The notes under the pieces: generated by a model
Database searches by the model: none
What the model was told of the DNA's origin: nothing
Seen by the model: the letters and a program-made list of their open reading frames with translations, nothing else
Part shown: positions 23,701 to 37,629 of the stretch, piece after piece
Layout: each line of letters opens with the position of its first letter
How positions within the stretch are numbered: position 1 is the stretch's first letter
Assembly (NCBI RefSeq): GCF_048593235.1
Contig: NC_133617.1
Coordinates: forward strand, 497,282,958 to 497,346,957
Direction of reading: 5' to 3'
Length of the DNA stretch: 64,000 nt
Origin: Sminthopsis crassicaudata
Lineage: Eukaryota
Program-made: the position numbers and the translations under genes

Positions 23701-25459
23701 TAGTGAACTTTAAAAGTGAACTGATTAAAAATTGAGTAAGTAAAATCAAGAAAATAATACACACATTGTTTACAAAAAAAAAAAATAGACTTGAAAGAAC
23801 AAAAAACACCTAAACACTTAAACTGACCAATCTAAACCAGGGGAATACTTAAAAATATGTGCTTTCCTTCATTTGCAGAAGTAGGGGAATATGGGAATGA
23901 GTATTGCATACACTGTCAAACTTTATTTTATTCTTTAACAAAAGATAGCTCTGGTAGGTAGCAGAACAAGGAAAGAATAATCAGACATAAAGGTGATTTT
24001 TTTTAATTAAGATTTTTATAGATAAAGTAAGCCATTAACTCCTAAAGCATAAAAGAAAGTGGAAATTCCACTGTTTTCTATTCATAGATGCAGCCTTATA
24101 AGAAAATTGCTTGGACTCAGAATCTCAAGACTTGGGCTGAACTTCAAGCCACCCTTAGTTCTGGAATCATTTTAGTTATATCATTTAGTCTTATGACCTT
24201 TGCTTAAAGGTCTCCATTTTCATTATACCTTTAGACAGCTCACTTGTTTGCAAGTTTTCTGTAACATCAAAATTAAATTTGTTTCTTAGCAACTTCTACC
24301 CATTGTTTCTTATATTTTCCTCAGAGACCAGAACAAATTTACTTTTTCATCTTTATGGCAGTACCTTAACTCCGTAAGATAGTTACATTCTTTCCTAAAT
24401 CATTACTTCTTTTGGTAACCCTCCCAAATTTTGATCTTGATTTTCTTATCAGAATCATTTTTTTTTTAAATTAATTGCTTTAAATATTTCATTTATCCAC
24501 TTAAGGACATCTCAGGATATCTTAGATGATTTATTTTTTCATCTGTTTTGCTGCTGGAACTTGAATGCTCCATAGTTTTGTTGTTTTTTTTTTTGTTGTT
24601 GTTGTTGTTGTTTTTAATCATATGATCACTTTTCTTCTTTTTGCTTGGTTTGTTTTATTTTTATTTTCTTTTTTGGTACTTAGCCATTTTCTTCTCTGAT
24701 TTCTGGCATTTCAAGAGCCAGTAGAACAGCCAACATTAATATCACTGTTTTAACTTTTGCAAAATTCTTTGCAGATATCCTATTTTATCTTCACAATAAC
24801 CTTGATATTTAGCCTCTTATATAATCCTCACTTTACAGATGAGGAAGCCAATGCAAGCAGAAGTTAGGTGATTTATCCAGAGACATACAGCTATTAAGGG
24901 TCTTGAGACTGAATTTGAACTAATGTTTTACTAGTAGACTTTAGACAGGGCACCCTATTCATGCCACTACCTAGCAGCTTTTGCCTATTGAAAATATATA
25001 ATATATATGTAGCATATAGCTGACTTTATCTCTACCTCAATTAACATAAACACAGAAGATTTCTCTGTTAATTCAAAGTTGCAAACTAGCCACGAATGCA
25101 TTCTTAATCAGTTTGGGAGGAGGAATGAAGGATTTGAGTTATACATATGAAAACTCTATTTGTGATTGGCTGAAAGACTCTGACACACCACTGGGTCTGT
25201 TTGTATAATGTAGCTAATTAATCTTGGGGCAGTAAACTCAGAGCATCTTAAGGAGGCAGACCCTTGTACTATGTCAAGGGGAGGGTGAGGGAGAATGAGA
25301 CCAGAGGGATTATTACAATTTTCTCCCTTGACTGACCATGTCATTGGAAAGATTGTACCAGGAGGAAACAATGCATCTGAAAGGAAGCTCACATAGGAGG
25401 ATTTCACAAAGGTTTTGATCCTCAAAGTCCAAAAGAAAGCTATAGCTAAGGGGAACTTT

Positions 25460-25604
25460 TTTTTTTTTTTTCTGAGGCTGGGGTTAAGTGACTTGCCCAG
25501 GGTCACACAGCTAGGAAGTGTTAAGTGTCTGAGAAGAGATTTGAACTCTGGTCCTCCTTAATTCAAGGCTTGTGCTCTATCCACTGCACCACCTAGCTGC
25601 CCCC
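25460..25604 (-). mobile_element. Young WSINE1-like SINE with perfect 16-bp TSD
   Basis: TSD agctaaggggaacttt at 25444-25459 and 25605-25620. Confidence 0.92.
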
Positions 25605-26618
25605 AGCTAAGGGGAACTTTATGAGGATTTCACGTAGGGAAAAAAGGACTGAGTGTAATCTGCAGTTGTAAACTATCCCTTTGCCACATTTGTATCCTAC
25701 ATACAGTCTTATTAGCACCATTGTAATCTGCATTTGATTCTCATGAGTACCCAAGGTCTTTTTGGGGGAGAAGGTAGTTTTTGTACCAACTGTTCTTACT
25801 ATTATAAGAACTATCTTTTCTAAATTCTCTTCTGGCTGAGACAGTCTCAGTAATATCTATGCTCTTTCACTTCTATGGCTATTTCCTTGCTCTTTCAAAA
25901 TGCAGTGATATCAGTATTAAGAATAGTCTGCTCATCTATGATAACTTATGTATCAAACTTTATAGACATTTTGTACATCAAACACTGTTCCTTTCTACTC
26001 CTTAAGGAAACCCATTGTGGTTTGATGAACCAAAATTCATTTCGTGGGCCCTTTAATCTCAGTATTGGAAACCTTGGCTTCTATCAGCATCTTAATGATC
26101 TCTTGCTCAGACTGTTATGGGGACACTCCACGGCTTGACTCAGTACTTTTCGCTAACTGACCTCCATACTTGGGACATTCTCCATCTTCATTTCCACCTT
26201 CTGATTTCTTTGGCTTCCTTCAAGACTCAACACTCAGAAGCTTTTGTCCCACCCTCATCTCATACTGCTGATTCCTTGCCATTTACACTGTAGGTAATGT
26301 GGTGGTTTTCTTATTGTGGGCCCCATTATGTGAGCTCTTTGAGAGTAAGGATTATGTTTCAATCTTTGTTTTTATCCCCTGCATGTACTGCAGTGCCTCT
26401 CACACACAAAGCACTTAATATTTGTTGACTGACTATACCACAATAGTAAATAAAGATAGGCTAATTAAGCCTAATTGATAATCCATGTTGGTAGAAAATA
26501 ACATGGATTAGGGGACTCATGGCAGATAATATTAGAAAATCTGCAGAGTTTCCGTTAAAACCCTGAGGAAAGAAGTAGTCATTGTTCTCTGGGACTAATT
26601 TGGGAGTTAGCCCAGAGA

Positions 26619-26855
26619 GGCAGGCAGGTGGTACAGTGGATAGAGCTCTAGGCCCGGCATCAGGAAGATCCGAGTTCAGATGTGCCCCCAGATGCTTGCT
26701 AGCTTACTAGCACTTATGCAATGTGTTTTTTCCTCAGAGATAAAATGTAGATCATAATAACAGCTGTATCAAAGAGTTGTAGTAAGGATCAAATGATATG
26801 TTTGTAAAGGATTTAGCACAGTGCCTGGCACATAATAGATGCTTAATAAACATTC
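26619..26855 (+). mobile_element. Near full-length MIR
   Basis: tRNA-like head, CORE, and L2-derived tail (ttagcacagtgcctggcacataatagatgcttaataaac). Confidence 0.8.
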
Positions 26856-27171
26856 CCTTCCCTTCCCCCACAGGGATAATAACTACAGTAAGATATGTAT
26901 ATGAATTAGGGGAATGTTCATACAAGGAAACTCTCTCAGGCCGTGTAGGTTGACATTTTCTCTGCAAATTATAGCTACAGCATTGAGAAGTTAAGTGATT
27001 TTGCCAGGGTCACATCCTTAGCCTAAGTAATCCTACTTATATATTTTCATTGAATCCCAATATCTTATTAAATCCCTCATTCTAACCCATGGTATTCAAT
27101 ATCTATAGTTAATCATAGACATATCCATACTACGTATAGGTGAAAAAAAAAGGAAGAAAATAGTGATCTGA

Positions 27172-27581
27172 TGATCAGTTCTGATATACATGGTTCTTCT
27201 CAACAATGAGATGATTCAGATCATTTCTAATGGTTTTGTAATGAAGAGAGCCATCTGCACCCAGAGAGAGGACTGTGGGAACTGAGTGTGGACCACAGCA
27301 TAGCATTTTTGCTTTTTGTTGTGTGTGCTTGAATTTTATTTTCTTTCTCATTTTTTAATTTTTGATCTGATTTTTCTTATGCAGCAAGATGATTGCATTA
27401 ATATGTATGCCAATATTGGATTTACATGTATTTTTACCATGTTTAACATATATTGGACTACTTGCCATCTACAGAAGGGAGTGGGGGGAAGGGGAGGAAG
27501 AATTGGAACACAAGGTTTTGCAAGGGTCAGTGGTGAAAAATTATCTTTGCATGTTTTGAAAATAAAAAACTTCAATAAAAA
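27172..27581 (+). mobile_element. 5'-truncated L1 (410 bp) with perfect 18-bp TSD
   Basis: Marsupial L1 3' end; TSD aagaaaatagtgatctga at 27154-27171 and 27582-27599. Confidence 0.92.
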
Positions 27582-28029
27582 AAGAAAATAGTGATCTGAG
27601 AAAGGAGTGTGAGTATGTGTGTTTAATCCCTGACTATAAACAGTTAATTCAGACCTTATAGAAAGTTTCCTTATAGAAATGATGATTTGACAGCATAGAA
27701 TACTAGGAATTCTAATTCCTGTGGTTAGGGTAAATCCCTCCTTCTCAGGTCTTCCTCTTAATAAGCCTGGGGCAAGAGCAAGATGCTGGGTGGGGGTCTG
27801 ACAATTGGAAAGGTAGAAATACTCTAGTCAGTACTTTAAATGGAACTATAATCCGGGCACAGGCAGAGAGTATGTGTGGGGGCTGGAGGGAGGTAGGATA
27901 CTGTGCCTACATCTTGCTCTTTTTCACCTTTGCCTTTGACATATTCTCTGCCAACTGCTCCTTTAGCTGGCCTTGATGATTTGATTTTTTCTTAGTTTAT
28001 GCCTCCATTCCATTGTGCACTACAGAATA

Positions 28030-30850
28030 TAGGAAGTCAATAAGCATTATTACCATGGGATAAGCAGTGAAGATTTTTTTAAGAAGCCAAAACAGCCACT
28101 CCCCTCAAAGAGTTCACTTTCTAATGGGAAAGTCAACATGTAAACAACTATATAAAAAATATTTAGAGGATAAATTTAAGTTAATCTCAGAGAGAAGCAT
28201 TAGCATTACAGGGGACTAGTAGAAGATTCTTGCAGAAAGTAGGATTTTACTTGAGAATTGAAGGCCAAGGAAACCAAGAGATGGAGAAGAGGAAGGAGAA
28301 CATTCTGCTTGGTAAACATTCACTGAAGATATCCAGAATCAGGAGAGGAAGTGTCTTGTGCAAGAACAGTAAGAAGGCCAGGGTCACTGGACCATAGAGT
28401 ACATACAGGAAAGTAAGGTATTAAAAAACTGGAAAGATATGAATGGGGCTTGGTTGTAAAGGGTTTTAAAAGCCAAATAAGAGGCTTTTATATTTAGTCC
28501 TAGAGGTAACAGAACCCCTGGGGTTTATTGCATCAAATGGTGATATGCTTTAGGAACTTTGATAGTTAAATGGAAAATGGAAATGAGGAGAGACACCAGA
28601 GGCAAGGATACCAACTATAAAACTATTTCAGCAGTTTAGGCACAAGGGTGATGAGTGTTTATACCAGAATGGTTGACAATTCCCAAAAGAAGGGAACAAA
28701 TATGAAGAGTTATTATAAAGCAACCAGACTTGGCAACAGACTTGAGAGAGGAGGTGGGGGGAAGGAGGGGAAAAGTTAGAACAAAAGGTTTTGCAATTGT
28801 CAATGCTGAAAAATTATCCATGCATATATCTTGTAAATAAAAAGCTATAATAAAAAAATAAAGTGCTTTCCAGATCTTATATTAAAAAAAAAAAAAAAAA
28901 AAAAGAATAGTGCTACCCTTAATAAATAATAGGGAAGATTTTGGAAAAAGAGAAATTCCATTTTGGACATGTTGAATTTGAAATGTCCAATAGTTGGAGG
29001 AGTGAGTCTTGAGGTCAAGAGAGAGTTTGGGACTTATTAAATAAGAACTCCAATCATTAGCATAGAGATGATAATTGAATCCATGGAAACTGGATGAAAT
29101 TACTAGACATCATAGTATGGAAAAAGAAAAGGATAGAGCCCAGAACAAAGCCTTGGAGGAGACACGTCCTTACACGTTGTGCCCTGTATGAAATAGCCAA
29201 CAGAGAAGACAGGACTGGTCAGACTGGTAAGAGGAGAACCAGAGGAAAGCAGTATTAACAAAAATCTAGAAAGGCAGCCACAAGGAGAAAGAATCTGTTT
29301 AACAGCTTCAACAGCTACAATTAAAAAAAAAAAAAAAAAAAAGCCTTTTAGATTTAGAAATTAAGAGATCTTTAGTAATTTTAGAGCAGTTGGTTGAAAT
29401 GTCAGAATTTCCTAATAAGGGAAAATGGAAGGGGAAGTGAACTTTTTATAGTTCATAAAGTTGAATTCAGTTGATCAGTTAACTGATCAAATATGTCAAT
29501 ATTTGATCAAAATAAATACAGTTATTAAACATGTACTATTTTGGAGACACTGTGAAAAGCACCAGAGATATAAAAAGAGGAAAAAGACAGTCTCTGCCCT
29601 TATGAAGCTTACAGTCTAAAGGGAGTTATAGCAATTATAAATATAAATAAAGCTAACTATATAAATATTTTTTAAAAAAAATCAACAGAGGAAAGATACT
29701 GGAAATGAAGGGTTAAAGAAGGCTTCCTATGGAAGGTGGAATTTTAGCAGGAACTTGTAAAAAGTCAGGAGGCTGGAGTCAGAGCAGAAGAATGAGAGCA
29801 TCAAAGCCATAAGGAGACAGCCAGAGAAAACATTCAGAGTCAAGGGATAGAATATGTCATGGAGCAGCCAAGAAGGCCAGTGACCTATTGAAGAGTGCGT
29901 ATCTGGAAATAAAGTGAAGGTAGTAAAGGTTATGAAGGGTTTTGAATGCCAAATAGAGCATTTTGATTTGATTCTGGAAGCAAAAGGAAGTCATTGAAGT
30001 TTACTTACTAAAGGGATAACAATGGTTAGCCCTGTATTTTAGGAAAATCACTTTAGTGGTTGAATGGAGGACAGATTGGAGTTAGGAGAATTGAGGCAGC
30101 AGATTATTAAAATGATGTCATGAGATGATGAGGGCCTGCACTGGAAAGGTGTCAGTACCAAAGGAGAGAAGAGGGCATATTGGAGAGATGTTGCAAAAGA
30201 TAAAATCAACAGGTTTTAGCAACAGATTGGATATGGAAGAGAGAAGGAGTGTGAAACAGAGAGACAAATACAGGACAACTAGCTTGTGAGCCTGAGGGAC
30301 TGGGAATGGTGGTTTTGCCTTCTATAGTAATAGGGAAATTAAGAAGGTGGAAAGAAGTTTAAAGGAAAAGATAACGAGTCCTGTTTTTGGACTTACTGAG
30401 TTTAAGATGCCCACTGGAAATACAGTTTGAGATGTTTGAAAGGGAGCTGGATATGTGAAATTTAGAGGCAGTAGAGAAATTGAGGCAAGATAGGTAGATT
30501 TAAGAATCATCAGCATAAAGATGAGTGATTTAAATCCATGGGAGCTGATGAGATCACCAAATGAAATAGAATAAAGGGGAAAAGAAAAGAAGACCCAGGA
30601 CAGAATTCTGAGAGACACAAATGTTAGAGGACAAGATCAGGAGGAAAATCCAGTAAAGGAGAAAGAAAAAGTGATCAGATAAGTAGGACGAAAACCAGGA
30701 GAGAATGGTGTCCTGAAAATCTAGAGATAAAAGTATATCAAGGAGGAGAAAAAGTGATCAGAAAGGTTAAAGAAATGAGAACTGAGAAAAGGCCATTGGA
30801 TTTCACAACTAAGAGATCATTAATAACTTTGGAAAGGGAATTATACTTCA
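28030..30850 (-). mobile_element. Two adjacent L2 fragments (~28030-29450 and ~29490-30850); the first is interrupted by an L1 tip
   Basis: Each begins with the L2 3' motif (gtcaataagcatt.../ttattaaacatgtactat...) and continues into L2 ORF-like sequence. Confidence 0.75.
28745..28904 (+). mobile_element. L1 3' tip with extra 21-nt segment and second poly(A)
   Basis: gaacaaaaggttttgcaattgtcaatgctgaaaaattatccatgc...aataaa + gtgctttccagatcttatatt + A21. Confidence 0.8.
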
Positions 30851-33800
30851 TGCAATGAGAATGGCCTACAGTGTCCTTATAAAAGGGAAAGGTCATTGTA
30901 GTGATCTACCAGACATGATTCCTTGACTGTAATCAGAAACCAATGTTCAAGGGTCTCATGAAGATCAGTGAGAGTTATGTGTGGTGCTGAGTTGATTTAA
31001 ATTTGGGGGTTTTTCTATGATGAGCTTGGGCTAATGGGTGAGCATTTTGTTGAGATGGTAATTCAGGAGTAGTAGTTCCAGAAGCTGGTGTATCAGATGA
31101 CTGAACTGTGCAGGAAGAAGTGCATGACTAAACCTGGGCCTGAGTTGGATAGTGGAACTGAAACCTGTTTTGTGAAATGCAATATATTGACACAATCATG
31201 ACGTTGGATTGAACCATTGGAGCAGACATAAAAGTTCAGGGCCAATTTTCTCAAAGATCTTGTATAACCTATTTCAGCATAACTATCTCTGTTCCCATGA
31301 TAAAACAAAAAAAACCACCAAAATACAGGATGGGTATGAAAGAAAAGACTGTGGAGACGCAAACTCACACCTTTTATCCTAGCCTTTGGGATATCCTGTC
31401 ATCTGAATGAACAAAGCACAGTTTATATGTTTGAAGGTGATGTATATAATATGTATGTATTATATATGTATACACACGTATATTTATAGTTGCATTGTAT
31501 GTGCATTTTTAATACTAATTTTGTGAAAATAACATTCTTGAATGGGAAACTATTAGATACACACTCATAATACACCGTTTTCTTCTATCATTGAAATAAA
31601 AAACCTTTGCTTCAAGTTGGGAGGAAAAAAACTAATGCCTAGTTTGAATACTCAGATGTGCCTGCTCTTCAAAATTACCTTTTTCTGGTGTTCAAATTTA
31701 ACAAAAATTTTCTTTCTTAAATTTAAACAAACATTAACTCTGTACAAGGCCTGCATGGGTCCTTTACCAAAAAACTGAGAAAGACATAAGACAAGGTGTC
31801 TGCCTTCATTAAAGGTCAAAGTCCATCCAAGTAAACTTCAAAGATCAAAATGCTTCCAGAGAAGAGAGAAAAGTCAGATAGAAGTAAAAATCTATTGCCT
31901 TCTAATACAGAGAAACAAGAGCTCCTGCAAGCTTTTTCTATTGCTTTTGTAAAATGTCTAGCCTATTGACATATTGTACCTATGCATGATTATAGGACTT
32001 CAGTAAAAGCTATAGAATGGACATATTTTATTGTATTCGTTGTTGAGTAGTTTTTTCAAGTTATCATAATTCACATTACCATGTATATTTTATAATTTAA
32101 GTATACTTGACATGTTGGTTACTGGGGTTACAAAGAAAAATTTCAAACTTGGATAGTGAACTGAATAGAACCAAGAAAAATGTACACATTTATTACAACA
32201 ATGTCATCAAAAAAGGACATTATTTATTGTTTATAAATGCGGTGTAGTTATAGTCACCAATTGATCAATTATAATGGCCTTGGAGAAAGAGATGAAGAAA
32301 TGCACTTCCCCCCCTTTCACTGGAAAGATGGAAGACTATGGGCAAGTTACATTACATATGTTTTCATATAAAACTAATGGCTGATGGGACTAAACTTTTT
32401 TTTATTACAAAAGGAAAGCTCATTAGGTAGAGGGAAAGGGAAAGAAGACATTCAGAAATTACTTGATGTAAAAAAAAAAAAAAAAAAAGTATTGAAAACA
32501 AAAAAATCATTGTAAGGAACCCAATTAACTAAAGTAATTCCAAAAACATACAAGATAAAACTGAAGATCCTACAATCTTCAGTACCTTTTAAATTTCTTA
32601 AAAATAAGAAATACATATAAGAAATAAAGCAATTTTGGCTTCCACCATGGTCTAACACAGTAAGAACTCTGATGAGATAGTAGCTCAATGAATTAGCAGC
32701 AGAGAAGGCTAATCCCCAGTGACTAACTCACATCAGCCAAACACTACAGCAGGGCAGTATCAAAATAGGTGATTTAGAAACTTTAAGTACAGGAGGAACT
32801 CACAGAATAAAGAAGGAATAATTAAGTGTATGAGCCATGACTCAAAGAAGCGTCTTAAAAAGGAATTGGAGAGAAATAATTAACAGAACAAGGGAAAGAT
32901 GTCATTTTTAGGAAAAGCTGTAGAAAATGAAATAAAATAACAAAAATTTAAGGAGGATGATAGAAGAGGATATTTTATTTGATTTCTTGATTGAAAGAAA
33001 AAAGGTGGGATTTTAATTGGAACCTGAAGGAAATCAGGAAGCAGAGTGAAGAAACAGCAGATAAGGGAATCAGCCAGTAAAAATGCTCAGTTAGAAAATG
33101 GAATGTTTTGTGCAAGGAACATGGGATCAAGAAGTCTATAAAGGTGTTAAGATAGAACAAGTTTTAAAAGGCTTTAAAGCCAAACATATTTTCTAATGGG
33201 AAGTCTCTGGAGTTTATTGCTTCCTATTATTTCTGAAAAGTATTGGCCATTCAGTGCTAGCTCAGGCTTGTGAAAAGTGACTTCAGTTTAAATGCTCTCC
33301 AAATTATAGATGGTAAAGTTCCCTTACCATGGCCTTGCTCTGACTTGTCTCCATTGTCCATTTTATTTAGCTATAACAAGCTTGACTTTTCGGAAGTATT
33401 CAAAACAAATCTTAAATTTCATGCAGGAGGTTATGTTTATTGCCTTATTTGGAAGTTTACAAATTGCTCTATGAGAAATGCTTATCTACATATAACTGAA
33501 ATATATTTAAATTTCAATCTATCTATCTAAATATGAGAATAATACAGTAAAACTATAAGGTTCCCATTAATTTGGTAGACATTTCTGGAATCTACTTTTG
33601 TCACATGATGAACTACATTTTGATTTTTTGCATATGTAGCAATCCACATTAAACACTGGATGGAAATATATTCCACTTATATTCAATGTTTATTTAGCCA
33701 TTTTCAAGAAAGACTGCACTATGCACTGACATATAATGCAGATGCCTTAACAAGAATTTATGCATATAAAACTTTGGTCAACCAGAAGATATGCTTGTTC

Positions 33801-34269
33801 TGACAAGGCATATTAGGAAAACAAAGCAATATAACAACATTTAGGTCATTGAAGGTAATTTTAAACTAAATTCTATTTTTTTAATCATTTGGTTTTATAT
33901 GGGATGCTTGATTTATTTGTACAAAGAATGCTTATACATTACTTCCTGTACTAGAAATTTGTACAGTAAAGGTAATTGCATATTACCCTTCTCCAGGTCA
34001 AAGAATTTGAGAAAGTAGAAATGAACTTGGTACTTTTGAAGTCTGAAGCATTATTCATCATTATTTTTATTATATAACACATCATTCATATGATCAAAAC
34101 ATTCTTTCAAAGGTTCCAAGTACTGCCTTGCAAATTATTGCTTTTGTATTAGTTCATTGTGATGCTGACATAAGCACATGCCTGAGATAAGGGAGGGGAT
34201 TAGGGAATCTTTGGTTAATAACTTGACACTTAGAGGATACTTGGGTTTTAAAAAAAAATTTTGTTTTCC

Positions 34270-34500
34270 TTATTTTGTTGTTTAAGTAGTGTTTGACTCT
34301 TTATGACTTCTTTTGGGGTTTTCTTGACAGAAATATTAGAGTGGTCCAGTTCATTTTCCAGATGAAGAACTGAGGCAGACAAGGTTAAGTGACTTGCCAA
34401 AGATCACACAGTAGTGACTGAGACCGAATTTAAATTCAGGAAGATGAGTCTTCCTCATTCAGGATCAGCTCTTTTTCTCCTGTATCACCTTGCTGCTGCC
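34270..34500 (-). mobile_element. MAR1-type SINE
   Basis: tttggggttttcttgacagaaata...cagatgaagaactgaggcagacaaggttaagtgacttgcc...ggaagatgagtcttcct. Confidence 0.75.
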
Positions 34501-36469
34501 CTGTATTTTCCATATGCTACAATATAAATTGTAGGCTACTTTGCAAATTTTAAATTCCCTTACTGTCTCATCTGTTATTACTTAATGTTGAGAAAGCTGG
34601 TAAATAAAGAACTAGCTGATTACCTTTATACATTTTGTATACTTGTGTGTGTTTTTAAAATTCCTGTAAGATACTGATATTGTATATCAAAAACCAAAAT
34701 CTTTACTTGAAGCCATGAAGTAGGAGATTGCCTGGAAATTTGCAGGGAACAGACCCCATTAGATAGCAAAGATGTTTAACACTGCTCTTAAATGTCAATT
34801 TCCTTCAACCTTGGATTCATAAATTCCATTCTAAAAACTAGGGATTAAGATTATGTCAGAAGGGCAAAGCCCTTGGGCTGATTGATAACCTTCTCTACAT
34901 GAATATTGAAGGGGTTAAAAAAAAATTAAGTCTTTGTAACCTTAGAAATATTGGGCCATTTTGCTAATCTTAAACTGTGCTTTTTCTTTGGAATCTGTTT
35001 CTTTATAAAATCTTAGTTTATTATTTTATTTACATGATTTTAAAATAAGATAATTGATTTTTGCTCTAAAATGTATTATGAATTACTGTTGTATATGATA
35101 CAAATTCAAAGTAATGCCAGTATCTTTGGACTCAGCAAATATAACCAATTAACATGCATTTATTAAGTGCCTTCTATGTGCTAGGCACTGTGCTAAGTGC
35201 TGGAGACATAAAGACAATGAATAAAACAATTCCTTTCCTCAAGGAGCTGATATTTTAAGGGAGGAGGAGTGGGGGTGAGATACATTCTAAAGATGTTCCT
35301 GATAATACTAAACTGTCATGTATTGTGTTACAATTATAAAATAGCGATCATTTGTTTTATTAACACACACGGTAACAACTATACCTACTTTAAGGACAAA
35401 GCAATGGAATTTACAATTTGGATCTATATAAACTTACTTTTGTAATCATTTTTTGATTTTGATCCAGGGAAATGTATTTCAGCTGGTTCTGTCTAGTTCT
35501 TATATCTATTCAGTAATGTGGAATTGTTATGTGTTATGACTGTTCCACATTATTTTCTGGCCTTGATGTAGTTTCAAAACAGAGCTAAGAAAATTTTGTT
35601 TCAATTTGTTTCATGACTTAGACCCAATAGAAGTTTATATTATCTTTGGATGCCCCTTCTGATAGTAAATCCCTCTGACCAGTAAATGCCTTGTGGCATT
35701 ACCATGTCATTAATTACATTGTCTGAACTGGCAGTACTGGGGATAAGAGTTGGAAATTTTCTTGTAAGAATTACTAAGTTATTTCTCCAAAATTTAAGAA
35801 GTCCCAAGTACTCAAGAATATTGATATGGGATATAAAGCCTACCAATGGGAAATATTTCATTTACCATCTCATCCTAGTAGACTGGCTCTTTATAAAGAA
35901 ATTCTAGGGAAAATTTTCACTTGAGTCTTTATTAAAAAGGACTCCATCTCATGAATTCGGGGCATGAGTTCCAAACTGTTAACAATGGTGAGTCTCCTAT
36001 GTATGAGTCAGTGAAGAACTCTATAAAGGATTGAAGGAACTCTCTGGGGATACAGGACCAAAAACTCTTGTTTGGTAACACAAACCAAAGCGGATGGGAA
36101 TTATACTCTGGAGTAAGGGGACCAGCCAGTTCTCATATCTATGAAATAAAATAGAAGTGATCATGGAGTCATGATCTGAAAATAGGCTGTCTTCCAGCTT
36201 TTTGATATGCTTTAGTTTAAGCATCTAACCTGCCAACCAAAAAGTGGTGTTTACAGTATATGTGTGGACACTAGTGAGTCCAGAATTGAACAAATGGAGG
36301 AGAGTAGATCAGCTTTCTTTTTCCCCCCAGGAACCTGCAAAGCTCTTTTAATGACTCCCTACTTGCTATGAAACAAAAGGTCTATTTTTTTTTCCCATTA
36401 AATACCAACATTCTATTGGCATTGTTTTATAGCAGTGAAACATACAATATAGTAGTCCCCAAAGAATTT

Positions 36470-36620
36470 TTCAAAATGAGTATTACACAATAGATCTATG
36501 GTGAGTGTGAGCAGGCTGCATTATGTAGTGATTGAGGAACCTTCAAAAATCGGAATAAAGTGATATGAAAGAATTATATGACAAGAGCAGACAGGCTGGA
36601 CATGTGACAAGAGTAAAGGA
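36470..36620 (+). mobile_element. RTE LINE / RTE-derived SINE 3' fragment
   Basis: gctggacatgtgacaagagtaaaggat encodes AGHVTRVKD, like the RTE ORF WAGHVAR motif. Confidence 0.5.
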
Positions 36621-37629
36621 TGTATAGCGGTTCCTCAAGATTCTGTCTTAGGTCCTCTTTTTTTTCCCCTTTTCCTTTTTCACTGAGTGATTTCATCAGC
36701 TTCTCTGGTTTTAGTTACAATGCAAATGAGTAAAAGATATACTTCTCTAGCACTAGCTTCTCTCCATTCGCCTCCAGTCTCCAGTGTTGCCTTTGTTAGA
36801 TGACTCAGGCTGAATATCCTACAGACATCTTCATTTCAACATGTCCAAAATTGAACTTGTCTTCTCCCCCTCTAATCCCTTTCATCTTTATAACAACCTA
36901 TTACTCCTAGTAATCTAAGATCAGAATCTTCGATTTCTCATTCCCTCTATTCTTCCATATCCAATTTATAGTCAAGGCTTATCTTTTTTTTTGGAGCATA
37001 AGGAGCTGGGGGATTAAAGATACTATGGGGAAAAGATAGTGACAAGAAAAACAAGCTTTCTGATCCTGAAGATGGTTATATTAAAAGGGAACCTGGGGGA
37101 AAGAAACGAGTAGAAAGTCAAAGAACAGCTGAATAACAACAACAACAACAAACAAAAAAGCATTCAATAGTGCCAGGCACAGTACAGATTCTTAAGAAAT
37201 GTTTATTGATTAGACTATATATATTTCCATATATCTAATGTTGAATAAAGGAGTTTCAGAGAATCCTGGATAGGATGAACTGGCTCACAGTAAACAGAAT
37301 CAGGAGAACTATATATACAATAACATTATAAAGAATAAAAACTTTGAAAGATTCAACAATTATCCCCAGCTACTGTGTAGGTTTATTTTTGCTTGACTAT
37401 GCTTATTTCCCTCCCTTTCCCTCAGTGTAATTGAGTAGTGAAGGATAGTGAGTCATAGTCTCACACACATACACACACACACAAACAAGGCCATTTTGTA
37501 AGATTTTTAAAAATGAACAAAAAAGAATAGAAGAAAATTAGGAAGCACAAAAAATAGCATAGTCATAAAAGTATTATTTAAAATATTACACATTCATATA
37601 TTATTATAAAAAATAAATTTTGCTTTGGT

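Noticed and set aside
35640-36240. Integrase-like motifs on the minus strand (IIPIRFGL, IPSTASSDN, GIYWS)
   Set aside because: Motif spacing was inconsistent with a single integrase alignment; left uncalled.
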